Virus record (IMG/VR): IMGVR_UViG_3300025572_000008
Span: 16,606-80,605 of that record
Strand: one strand, 5' to 3'
DNA from: a virus
DNA length: 64,000 nucleotides
Shown piece after piece: positions 45,961-53,247 of the stretch. Positions within the stretch are counted from its first letter, which is position 1. Each line of letters starts with the position of its first letter. Position numbers and translations under genes: made by a program. The notes beneath the pieces were generated by a model, which ran no database searches, was not told the origin of the DNA, and saw only the letters and a program-made list of their open reading frames with translations.

Positions 45961-47097
45961 CTAGCTCCAGGGCGCATCGGATGCGGTCGAGGCACCTGGT
46001 GCGGTGCTTGAGCTGTCTGAAGACACAATCGCTTCTACTTCTCCAGCTCTGGCGTTGGGTTGGCCTTGCTCCTCAACGACTTCTCTAAGCTTTGACAACA
46101 AGCGAGCACCAGCTTCGGGATTCAGCTGGCTGAACCAGTTCAATCGCCCCATGAGTCGACTGATGAACGCGCTCGGCGTGAGACCGCTGCGTGCGGCCTC
46201 TGCTTCGACACCGTGACGCTTCACGTTGTACACCATGGCTCTGAGTTTGCGACGCTCAGTTTTTTGCAGATTGATCGTGCGGTTCACAACGACGCCGCAT
46301 ACATACTGTCGTTGGAAAGGGCGCATCAGTTTGGTCTTCCTGCGGTTCACTCGGAAGCCGAAGGAGGAGACCGTGTCTGATACAAATTGGAGGATTTCTT
46401 CAACAGCACCAATCCCGTATTTGCCGATCAGATCTTCGTTCGCCGAGATCGTAACGTCATCCGCGTAGATTGTGATCGTATAGCCGTTCCGGTCACAATA
46501 CTCCTTGAGAATCGGTCCGAACGTCAGCGCCGTGACGATGTTGCTCAGCTTGGGGCTGGTCAACCCGCCTTGCGGGACGAAGGCTTGATAGGTGCAGAGC
46601 TCGGAGAGGGTCCGAGCCGGTGCATCTCCAAAACCCAGGTGCTTGAAAATCTGAAACAAATGGTACTGCTTGATAGAGGTGAAGAAATCCTTTAGGTCAA
46701 TGCTAATGACCAGGCCTTTGCCAACATGAGCTCGAGCCATGGTCGGGATACTCCTGCCCCTCTCAAAAGCATGGATGTATCCAGGTACTTCAACTTTCTC
46801 CAGAATCTCTTTCAAGATCCTGTATTGCACTGCTCTCATCAACCTGTCTGGATTGTGCAGGATCCGCAATTTCCCACTCTTCCCCTTCTTTTTCAGATAG
46901 ATGGTGGAGTAGTGCGTCGATTTGTTCCGTCCAAGCAAGGTCAGCAGCTTCGCAGACTTCCATTTCAATAAGGTCGCCAGCTCGCTGTTGGTCGACACGT
47001 TGAACGGTTCTATCGGCACATTCTCCGCCAGTCGAAGTTGTCGCCTGGTCTGAACCGTCTGAGGAGTTGTGGTCTGTTGGGTTTCCTGTACTTCCAT
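45961..47097 (-). CDS. retron-type reverse transcriptase
   Basis: R.LHNP...R.VQ.RIL, region X MARAH (NAxxH-like), IDLKDFFTSI, VPQGGLTSP.LSN, YADD, region Y RQYVCGVVVN (VTG-like). Confidence 0.92.
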   Translation of the reverse strand: MEVQETQQTTTPQTVQTRRQLRLAENVPIEPFNVSTNSELATLLKWKSAKLLTLLGRNKSTHYSTIYLKKKGKSGKLRILHNPDRLMRAVQYRILKEILEKVEVPGYIHAFERGRSIPTMARAHVGKGLVISIDLKDFFTSIKQYHLFQIFKHLGFGDAPARTLSELCTYQAFVPQGGLTSPKLSNIVTALTFGPILKEYCDRNGYTITIYADDVTISANEDLIGKYGIGAVEEILQFVSDTVSSFGFRVNRRKTKLMRPFQRQYVCGVVVNRTINLQKTERRKLRAMVYNVKRHGVEAEAARSGLTPSAFISRLMGRLNWFSQLNPEAGARLLSKLREVVEEQGQPNARAGEVEAIVSSDSSSTAPGASTASDAPWS

Positions 47098-47410
47098 TGG
47101 TCGCTACTCGATTAGCAGGTTTGATCTCTCTGGATTTACGAATGAGGCCACGCATCAGGTCCTGCAAAGGGACGTGATACAGACGAGGCGCTCTCCGGGA
47201 CCTGGGTTCTCCTATGATGGCGATACCCTCCATAAGGACGGGAGGAGCCTTAGAGAACCTTATAAACGGTCGTTCACGGTCGTCAGATACCGTGATAGGG
47301 AAGTAGTGGTATCTTTGACCATCCGGAATGACGTAGTAGTTCCTTCGAACCTCCAGAGTTGGAGTAGACATCTTCGGCACATTCCTTGCCGAGGTTGTCA
47401 GACTTTCCAT
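46790..47410 (-). CDS. putative RT partner protein (overlaps the RT 5' end)
   Basis: GAGG SD 6 nt before ATG; 104 codons open before the RT start, then about 100 codons overlapping RT in another frame. Confidence 0.5.
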   Translation of the reverse strand: MESLTTSARNVPKMSTPTLEVRRNYYVIPDGQRYHYFPITVSDDRERPFIRFSKAPPVLMEGIAIIGEPRSRRAPRLYHVPLQDLMRGLIRKSREIKPANRVATNGSTGNPTDHNSSDGSDQATTSTGGECADRTVQRVDQQRAGDLIEMEVCEAADLAWTEQIDALLHHLSEKEGEEWEIADPAQSRQVDESSAIQDLERDSGES

Positions 47411-47706
47411 CTTGAACCTCGATGAAGCGGTCAGTTACTAACCGCGGTTGCTAACAGAGCTAAACGAAAAAAGAGCGATTAAGCAGTAGCTTTAGATTCG
47501 TCTAGCCCAACATATTGGCTCACGACGACTAGCGCCACGGCAACGATCCGTGCAGCCAACGTCAGAACCTTTTGGGTGAGACGAAGAATAGCGATCAAAC
47601 GATGCATGTAAGCTATTCCCCTATGATACAACACATTTTGCCTTGCGGCGAATACTACACTGTTTCACGACAGGGGAGCACCTTTACAGCGAAGGCCTCG
47701 CTGCAA
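47411..47706 (-). ncRNA. candidate structured 5' leader RNA (msr/msd-like) of the RT unit
   Basis: About 295 nt between promoter motif and first ORF; stems at 47684-47706, GCC-GCAA-GGC at 47640-47649, AATAGC/GCTATT, CACGG/CCGTG and 47427-47445. Confidence 0.6.
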
Positions 47707-47710
47707 TCCT

Positions 47711-47718
47711 CTTATACC
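47711..47718 (-). promoter_or_regulatory. putative early promoter motif GGTATAAG driving the RT unit
   Basis: GTCAA-N16-GGTATAAG on the minus strand. Confidence 0.65.
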
Positions 47719-47728
47719 AGAAAGTTCA

Positions 47729-48169
47729 TTATTCTTGACTCTCGGTACTGCGGCTTCGAGGTCGGCCGAGCCGCGAGGTTACCTTCCGGTTCCCGGACTT
47801 TCGAAGACAACCACAGGACTGGGACAGGCCGGCACTCAGGCTAGGGGAGGAGACAGATCTGACGGTCCCGCAGTCGCACTGGCACCTCCAGTAAACAACA
47901 GACTTGTTCGACCTGTCGGAATCCTTCTCGAGCAAGGTCCAGAGGCCGAGCTTTAAGCCAGGCTCAAAGACTCGTCTTTTCTGTGCCGGCTTGGAACACC
48001 CGCAGGAGTAAACCCTGCCAGAGGTTAACCGCTGCTTAAGAAAGGACTTCGTGTTTCCGCAAATGCACCGGCAATGGTAGTAGAGAGCCGTTCCAGAGGA
48101 CCGCTCTGAGTCTCGGCTTAGAACAGTTAGAAGTTCTATTTTGGTTCCAATGAAGGGGTCTTCTAGCAT
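47729..48169 (-). CDS. tandem Zn-binding DNA-binding repeat protein (homing-endonuclease-type domains, no nuclease)
   Basis: Two copies of G....L....Y/W.C.C.CG....L..G...SCGC. Confidence 0.75.
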   Translation of the reverse strand: MLEDPFIGTKIELLTVLSRDSERSSGTALYYHCRCICGNTKSFLKQRLTSGRVYSCGCSKPAQKRRVFEPGLKLGLWTLLEKDSDRSNKSVVYWRCQCDCGTVRSVSSPSLSAGLSQSCGCLRKSGNRKVTSRLGRPRSRSTESQE

Positions 48170-48204
48170 GGTTACCTACGAAGAAAGAAGGTTGGAAGCC
48201 TCGA

Positions 48205-48740
48205 CTGTCCAGGTTTGTCCTGGACTGTCCAAAAAGCTGTCCAAGTTTAAATTTCAAAAACTTCTTGAAAATCAAGGACTTAATGCAGGTTCTGTCCTGG
48301 CTGTCCAATTCCCTCAGAAAAATTGGACACACGAAACCCCGCATGAATAAAGGGAAAAGTCCCAGTTTGTCCAAAAATTTGCCTTTTTCAGGAAAACATA
48401 TATCAGGTTTGTTATGAGCTCAACTCACTAGAATTCAAAAAATACGGCCCTCTTTATATATTATTATATTTGAGGTTTTAAAAAATATTTATATTTATAT
48501 ATATAGAGGAGAATGATTTCACAAGTTCTAAGGGTCAAAAGTAAAGTGATATGTATGTTTCCCTAAAAATTCCAAATTTTTGGACAAATCACTATCTTTC
48601 CCTTTATCCACAAGGGTTTTCGTGTGTCCAATTTTTCTGAGAGAATTGGACAAATTGGACGCGAAATCTGAAAGTGCTTGATTTATAAGGAAAAACGCAA
48701 AGCTCCCTGTCCTGCCGTTTTTGGACAGACTTGGACAGAA
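48205..48740. repeat. large imperfect inverted repeat with TGTCC iterons around an AT-rich core (putative replication origin)
   Basis: Arms ~48301-48403 and ~48548-48652 are clearly reverse-complementary; about 14 TGTCC/GGACA copies, several at 10-12 bp spacing; AT-rich core at 48453-48505. Confidence 0.7.
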
Positions 48741-48781
48741 CCTGCCCTCGCGGCACCTCGACCGTGGCGTAAACCAGGCCT

Positions 48782-48789
48782 TAAAATAG
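48782..48789 (+). promoter_or_regulatory. putative late promoter motif TAAAATAG
   Basis: Right flank of the origin-like region. Confidence 0.4.
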
Positions 48790-49034
48790 GACCAATCGTA
48801 GAAGCGCCAAGGCTGGCGCGGCTTTACAGCCCGTTTTGACCGCTAACCTCCGTCTCCCGTACTTGTCAAATATTCAATCGGAATCCCTGGAGACCTACAA
48901 GCTGTCAGAAAGGCCTCAAATCGAGCTCAGGAGCGTTTAAAGGACCTGAGATATACCGAGATAGCCACCTTGGCATAAAAATCGCTCTACGGGCCTAAAA
49001 ACGGCCTTAGAATCGATTTCCTCTTTAACAACGC

Positions 49035-49661
49035 ATGGACAGTAGCTTCGAGGAATTCAACCACACTCCCAACACAGTCTCTGGAACGTCGATCTTAGCC
49101 GGCGTTTCTACGTCCGACATCGAAACTCTCATGGATGAGAATCCGTCTCTGCGTGGGTACATGCAGGGATATCTGGCGGAGATGATGCTGCGCAGGAGGC
49201 TGATTGGCCTGGATGGAGTTGAAGAGGTGGTTAAGATCCCCGACCGAGATGTTGAAAGAGGTGATCTCAAGATCCTTTATCGAGGTTGCCCGATAACGAT
49301 GGAAGTGAAATCGGTTGCCACCAGCTCCATCAAGGAGGACACGATGAATGGGACCTGGCAAGGTACGGTCCTTGTCAAGAACACCGACCGTCGCGTGGTC
49401 AAGGTCAATGGTCTAGGTGAGGTCACCTCCACTAACCTGGTCAAAGGCGAGTTCGATATCCTAGCCATTTGCTGTTTTGCCGTCAGAGGGTGCTGGGATT
49501 TTGCCTTCATCGAAAGCCGATACCTTCCGGAACCCGACACTCTCCCCGGATTGGTCAAGACTAAATTCTCCATCAACCCCATGCTTACCGGAGGACTGAC
49601 TCACGATCCTCTCAAGGTTCTTGAGGCGGTTCGCCGCAGGAAGACGCAAGCTTTCTGTTAA
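49035..49661 (+). CDS. putative PD-(D/E)xK restriction-like endonuclease
   Basis: GYLAEMML (helix with Glu), RGDLKI...MEVKS core. Confidence 0.65.
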   Translation: MDSSFEEFNHTPNTVSGTSILAGVSTSDIETLMDENPSLRGYMQGYLAEMMLRRRLIGLDGVEEVVKIPDRDVERGDLKILYRGCPITMEVKSVATSSIKEDTMNGTWQGTVLVKNTDRRVVKVNGLGEVTSTNLVKGEFDILAICCFAVRGCWDFAFIESRYLPEPDTLPGLVKTKFSINPMLTGGLTHDPLKVLEAVRRRKTQAFC

Positions 49662-49666
49662 AATAG
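49659..49666 (+). promoter_or_regulatory. putative late promoter motif TAAAATAG
   Basis: 21 nt before ATG 49688. Confidence 0.6.
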
Positions 49667-49687
49667 CAAGGTCAGGAACCGCACCTA

Positions 49688-50308
49688 ATGAACGACGAAC
49701 AAATTGTCCTGAGTCTGCTGAACTTCTATCGCAACGAAGGAATCGACCTTCACCAGATTCTCGACGACCCTATTTTCAACAGCCTGTCTTTGCAGTCGAA
49801 GATCGATATGATCAAGCGACACGCACAGGCCATTCACGACGGCATTCATCCAGGCTTCAGTCGACACGAGCTTCGAGGCATGGGAAAGAGCATGCTTTGG
49901 CATGGCATCCTCGGAGGCATCACGGGCGCCACGGCGTCGAAGACGACGGCCAAGCTGTTCTCTGGAGGTCGACCGACTCCCGCAGCGATTGCTCTCGGAG
50001 CCACCGCTGGCGCGGTTTCAGCACTCAGCATGTCTGCTTTGCGCCGTCTGAACGCTCAGGCTGAAAAGAAAGAGCTTCGAGATAAACTCCTCTCAGTTGC
50101 TCAGAATCCAAGCGACGAAGCTGCCTTACATACGCTCGCCAAGCGCAACCTGCAGAATTCCCTACGTGCCGAGAATAGCTCGGCTTTTAACAAGTTCCTA
50201 GACCGCATTGCTCAGAAGAGCGAAACGATTGCTGCGGATACGGCCATGCAAGAGACTGTTCGATTCAACACCGCTGCCGGACGCAAGATGACAGGACAAA
50301 GCAATTAA
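49688..50308 (+). CDS. hypothetical protein with Gly-zipper hairpin
   Basis: 206 aa; GILGGITGATA...ALGATAGAVSAL. Confidence 0.65.
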   Translation: MNDEQIVLSLLNFYRNEGIDLHQILDDPIFNSLSLQSKIDMIKRHAQAIHDGIHPGFSRHELRGMGKSMLWHGILGGITGATASKTTAKLFSGGRPTPAAIALGATAGAVSALSMSALRRLNAQAEKKELRDKLLSVAQNPSDEAALHTLAKRNLQNSLRAENSSAFNKFLDRIAQKSETIAADTAMQETVRFNTAAGRKMTGQSN

Positions 50309-50319
50309 CCGGAATCAAG

Positions 50320-51210
50320 ATGCTCGCATATACTCTTAAGGAAATCCTTACGCTCGTTCCAGAAGCACTGCCGTTGGTGAAGGAGGCTCACGTCGATCAA
50401 GAGATGCCTCTCAGCAACCGAGATTCTTGCATCGCTACGGCTTTGCAGCTGAAGTACCACGAGGCTGTTGAATACAAGCCTGTTGACGTTTTCTCGATCG
50501 AGAAAGTGGCTAAGGCCGTTCGGCTCTACGGCGTCGAGGATGTCGTTTCCGACCTCTCAGACAAGCTGGTGAAAGCGGCGAACGAACGCAAAGCCAATGC
50601 CGGCCGAGATCTCAAGGCAGAGTACCTGACTAAACAAGCTGCCTTTGACGGCGAAGGTACCGGCTTTCCCGATCCTCAACGCCTGGCTGATCGAGCCGCC
50701 GAGCTCTATAAGGAAGCCCAAGCCGTCGGTGTTGAACCGTCCGAGAACGTTCTTCGCTATTCCGGACATGGGTTCTTGAGTAAGGAAGCGGCTGTAAAGG
50801 CTTTGGCAGCCCGTTTTCAAGCCACCAAGAATCCTGACTTCGTCAAGATTGCTAGCGCTCTGAATCGCCTCGATACCTTGACGATGAAGTCAGAGACCAT
50901 CCAGGATATCTGCTCGACGGTCACTCAGATGGACAAGGAGGCCGGCCTGCATGCCAAGGGTTTCGACTTCTATCGTGAAGCGATCCTCACTAAGGAGGCG
51001 GCGGTTGTCACCAGTCTGAACGTCAAGCTTTGCGGCAAGGAAGTTCCTTACGAAAGCATTCTCCGTGTCGGACGCGACCGAATTGCTCAGTACATCGGGG
51101 AAGACGTCGCCAAGGAAATCGACGCCGGCCCCATGAACGCTAAGCAGGTTCTCGAAACCCTACCTCTTGATTTGCAGCGTTTGATCTGCGATCTGATCCA
51201 GAACGTCTAA
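50320..51210 (+). CDS. K-x-A-rich putative head protein
   Basis: 296 aa; KEA, KVA, KAA, KQA and KIA recur. Confidence 0.65.
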   Translation: MLAYTLKEILTLVPEALPLVKEAHVDQEMPLSNRDSCIATALQLKYHEAVEYKPVDVFSIEKVAKAVRLYGVEDVVSDLSDKLVKAANERKANAGRDLKAEYLTKQAAFDGEGTGFPDPQRLADRAAELYKEAQAVGVEPSENVLRYSGHGFLSKEAAVKALAARFQATKNPDFVKIASALNRLDTLTMKSETIQDICSTVTQMDKEAGLHAKGFDFYREAILTKEAAVVTSLNVKLCGKEVPYESILRVGRDRIAQYIGEDVAKEIDAGPMNAKQVLETLPLDLQRLICDLIQNV

Positions 51211-51214
51211 GGTT

Positions 51215-51448
51215 ATGACCAACAGGTATCTGATCAAGATCGCCGACTCCTACCGGGACCAATATAACCTTCTGGAACGGTTAGTAGATAAAGCTATATC
51301 CCATGATGCGAGAGTCCTATATACCCAGGGTGAAAAACTACGGCCGGGATTAGGGTCTACACTAAGTTCGTACTATGAAAGATCTATGCGAAATCTTCTG
51401 AATAAACATGTTGAGAAGAGACTTCTTAAGTCTAAGAGGATGATTTAA
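51215..51448 (+). CDS. NRYLIKIA-tagged small protein
   Basis: Starts MTNRYLIKIAD. Confidence 0.65.
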   Translation: MTNRYLIKIADSYRDQYNLLERLVDKAISHDARVLYTQGEKLRPGLGSTLSSYYERSMRNLLNKHVEKRLLKSKRMI

Positions 51449-51458
51449 TATTTAACTT

Positions 51459-51770
51459 ATGACCAACAAATACCTCGAGAAAGCCTCTGCGCTAATCCGC
51501 AGCCCTGAAAACATTGGCAGCCGCTTGGCGCAGCTGGGCATGGCCGCGGCCAACCGGCTGCAACGGACCAAGGGAGTTCTCCTCAACCACCAGGGCCGTG
51601 TCGTCAGTGCGCCATCAAGTCTTCCCCGGGGAGAACGTGCGCTCCATGATCATGATAAACTAGTCCGAACGGCGAACAAGCTGCACGCTCAACCGAACAG
51701 TGGCCATCCTGCCGTGAACGAGACCTTCAAGAAAAAGGTCGGTGATAAACCGAACATCTTCTATCGCTAA
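51459..51770 (+). CDS. NKYLEKAS-tagged small basic protein
   Basis: Starts MTNKYLEKASA. Confidence 0.65.
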   Translation: MTNKYLEKASALIRSPENIGSRLAQLGMAAANRLQRTKGVLLNHQGRVVSAPSSLPRGERALHDHDKLVRTANKLHAQPNSGHPAVNETFKKKVGDKPNIFYR

Positions 51771-51773
51771 ATC

Positions 51774-52214
51774 ATGATGAACAGATACCTTGAGAAAATA
51801 GCCGCCTGGCGTGAGCTGGAGCCAGGTGTTCATTATCATGATGAAACCGGCGAATTTGCGGCCACTGACGAAGCACGTAAGCGTATCTATAACGAAGAAA
51901 ATAGGCGTAATACGAGACCTGCGATTAAGGCGCTTGGCACCTTAGGAGCAGCCGTAGGCCTTGGCGTAGGTTTAGTCGCCAGTCGTAAAAACCCTTTTCT
52001 CCAGAAAGTTAAGCGTACCGCTATGGCTACGGGCATCGGTGGAGGCGCTGGGGCGCTGGGAGGTGTTTACATAGGTCACAGCTACAACAAGGACCAAGAC
52101 AGGCGTATCGGCAAGGATCAACGTATCGCCGATCATATCCATCGCCGAGCGGGGAGATACGATCGGACTCGCCATGGCCGTCTATTTGGCGGTGATAATC
52201 CCGATGAGGAATAA
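51774..52214 (+). CDS. NRYLEKIA-tagged protein with Gly zipper
   Basis: Starts MMNRYLEKIAA; ALGTLGAAVGLGVG...GIGGGAGALGG. Confidence 0.7.
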   Translation: MMNRYLEKIAAWRELEPGVHYHDETGEFAATDEARKRIYNEENRRNTRPAIKALGTLGAAVGLGVGLVASRKNPFLQKVKRTAMATGIGGGAGALGGVYIGHSYNKDQDRRIGKDQRIADHIHRRAGRYDRTRHGRLFGGDNPDEE

Positions 52215-52228
52215 TCAGTAGCACGCCT

Positions 52229-52774
52229 ATGTCTGAACTGCTTCTAAAACAAGCCGAAGCCTCGATGGGGCAGGCACCAATCTCCCATATCAAGGCCAAC
52301 CTGGACCGTCTCTTCGGCAAAGGCGTCTGGGTAGACTGGGAGCCGGAAACGCTAAGCATTGAGCTAGGCTTGATCATGGATGACCTGCTTCTCGAGAAAC
52401 TTACTGTCCTTAAGATTCTCGAGCAAGAGCCTGACCTGTTCTTCGATGACGTCACTTTCATGCTACATGCTACTGAGGTCATCAACAATCACGTCGCTGA
52501 TTTTGAGACGGTACCTATGCCGACGAGTCTCGAGTTGGCCTTTGCCATATCCGAAGTGAAGAAGATCAGGCAGGCAAACGATCTACCAGTGACCTTCCCG
52601 CTGTCATTCACTGCAGCAATCGCCTACCTTCTTCGGCAAGAAGGATATTCGAAACCGATCGAACCTTTCGATTTTGTCCCAGAGGCCATGCTCGAACATG
52701 GTCAGACGCCTGCAGATACCGAGGCTAAGAAGAAGGCAATCAAGACCTATATCGAGCACATGGAAAGCCTATGA
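52229..52774 (+). CDS. hypothetical protein
   Basis: 181 aa in the late operon. Confidence 0.7.
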   Translation: MSELLLKQAEASMGQAPISHIKANLDRLFGKGVWVDWEPETLSIELGLIMDDLLLEKLTVLKILEQEPDLFFDDVTFMLHATEVINNHVADFETVPMPTSLELAFAISEVKKIRQANDLPVTFPLSFTAAIAYLLRQEGYSKPIEPFDFVPEAMLEHGQTPADTEAKKKAIKTYIEHMESL

Positions 52775-53190
52775 TTCATCGAACAGTAGAAGCAAACACT
52801 CCCGTCGTTCTGACCCTCCTCAGTCCGACCGGAGAAACCGGAGAACAGGGTCCGGCAGACTTGGTGTTACTCAGGGATGGAGCCGTTGTCACCACGACAG
52901 AGGTCACCGTGACAGACGTCGGAATCCACGGACTCTATAACTTCACCTTTACGCCTCAATCGACGGGAACCTACACCCTCTACGCTTACGGAGCTATCCA
53001 GGCTCAGGTCGAGGTGGTCTCAACGTCCATCTATACCTACCTTCGGAATCTCGAAGACGAGGCCTTGGGCAGCTGGCAATGGAACAAGGCAGAGGGTACG
53101 TTGATCATGCTTCGACAGGACGGGACCGAACTCGCTTCCTTCGCGGTCGTTGACAATCTCACTGAAGCAAGCCGAGAACGGACGACTTAG
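52771..53190 (+). CDS. putative virion protein (Ig-like beta sandwich)
   Basis: GLYNFTFTPQSTGTYTLY pattern; ATGA overlap with the previous gene. Confidence 0.6.
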   Translation: MIHRTVEANTPVVLTLLSPTGETGEQGPADLVLLRDGAVVTTTEVTVTDVGIHGLYNFTFTPQSTGTYTLYAYGAIQAQVEVVSTSIYTYLRNLEDEALGSWQWNKAEGTLIMLRQDGTELASFAVVDNLTEASRERTT

Positions 53191-53211
53191 GCCTATCCCC
53201 TGCGAAGCTAA

Positions 53212-53238
53212 AAAAGCCCGGCTATGAACCGGGCTTTT
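53212..53238. terminator. bidirectional terminator
   Basis: AAAAGCCCGG/CCGGGCTTTT. Confidence 0.8.
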
Positions 53239-53247
53239 ATTTAGCCG

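Noticed and set aside
47098-47710. Evenly spaced repeat array beside the RT
   Set aside because: Only scattered short matches (AGGTTC x4, ATCGCT..TTCGT x2) at irregular spacing. No periodic array is visible by eye, though a self-dotplot would be needed to exclude a degenerate one.
45741-47718. Group II intron interpretation of the RT flanked by structured RNA
   Set aside because: The RT has retron signatures (NAxxH-like, VTG-like) and no maturase X or En domain. No canonical domain V with a GNRA loop is present. The unit has its own promoter and terminator and interrupts no gene.
45741-48200. Diversity-generating retroelement
   Set aside because: No TR/VR pair differing at adenines was found by eye, there is no avd-like gene, and the RT motifs are not DGR-type.
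48141-48374. Short ORFs inside the origin-like region
   Set aside because: They translate the iteron repeats; there is no SD, and they are better explained as non-coding.
48205-48740. CRISPR array
   Set aside because: Repeats are 5-6 bp iterons and inverted arms, not direct repeats with unique spacers; no cas genes.
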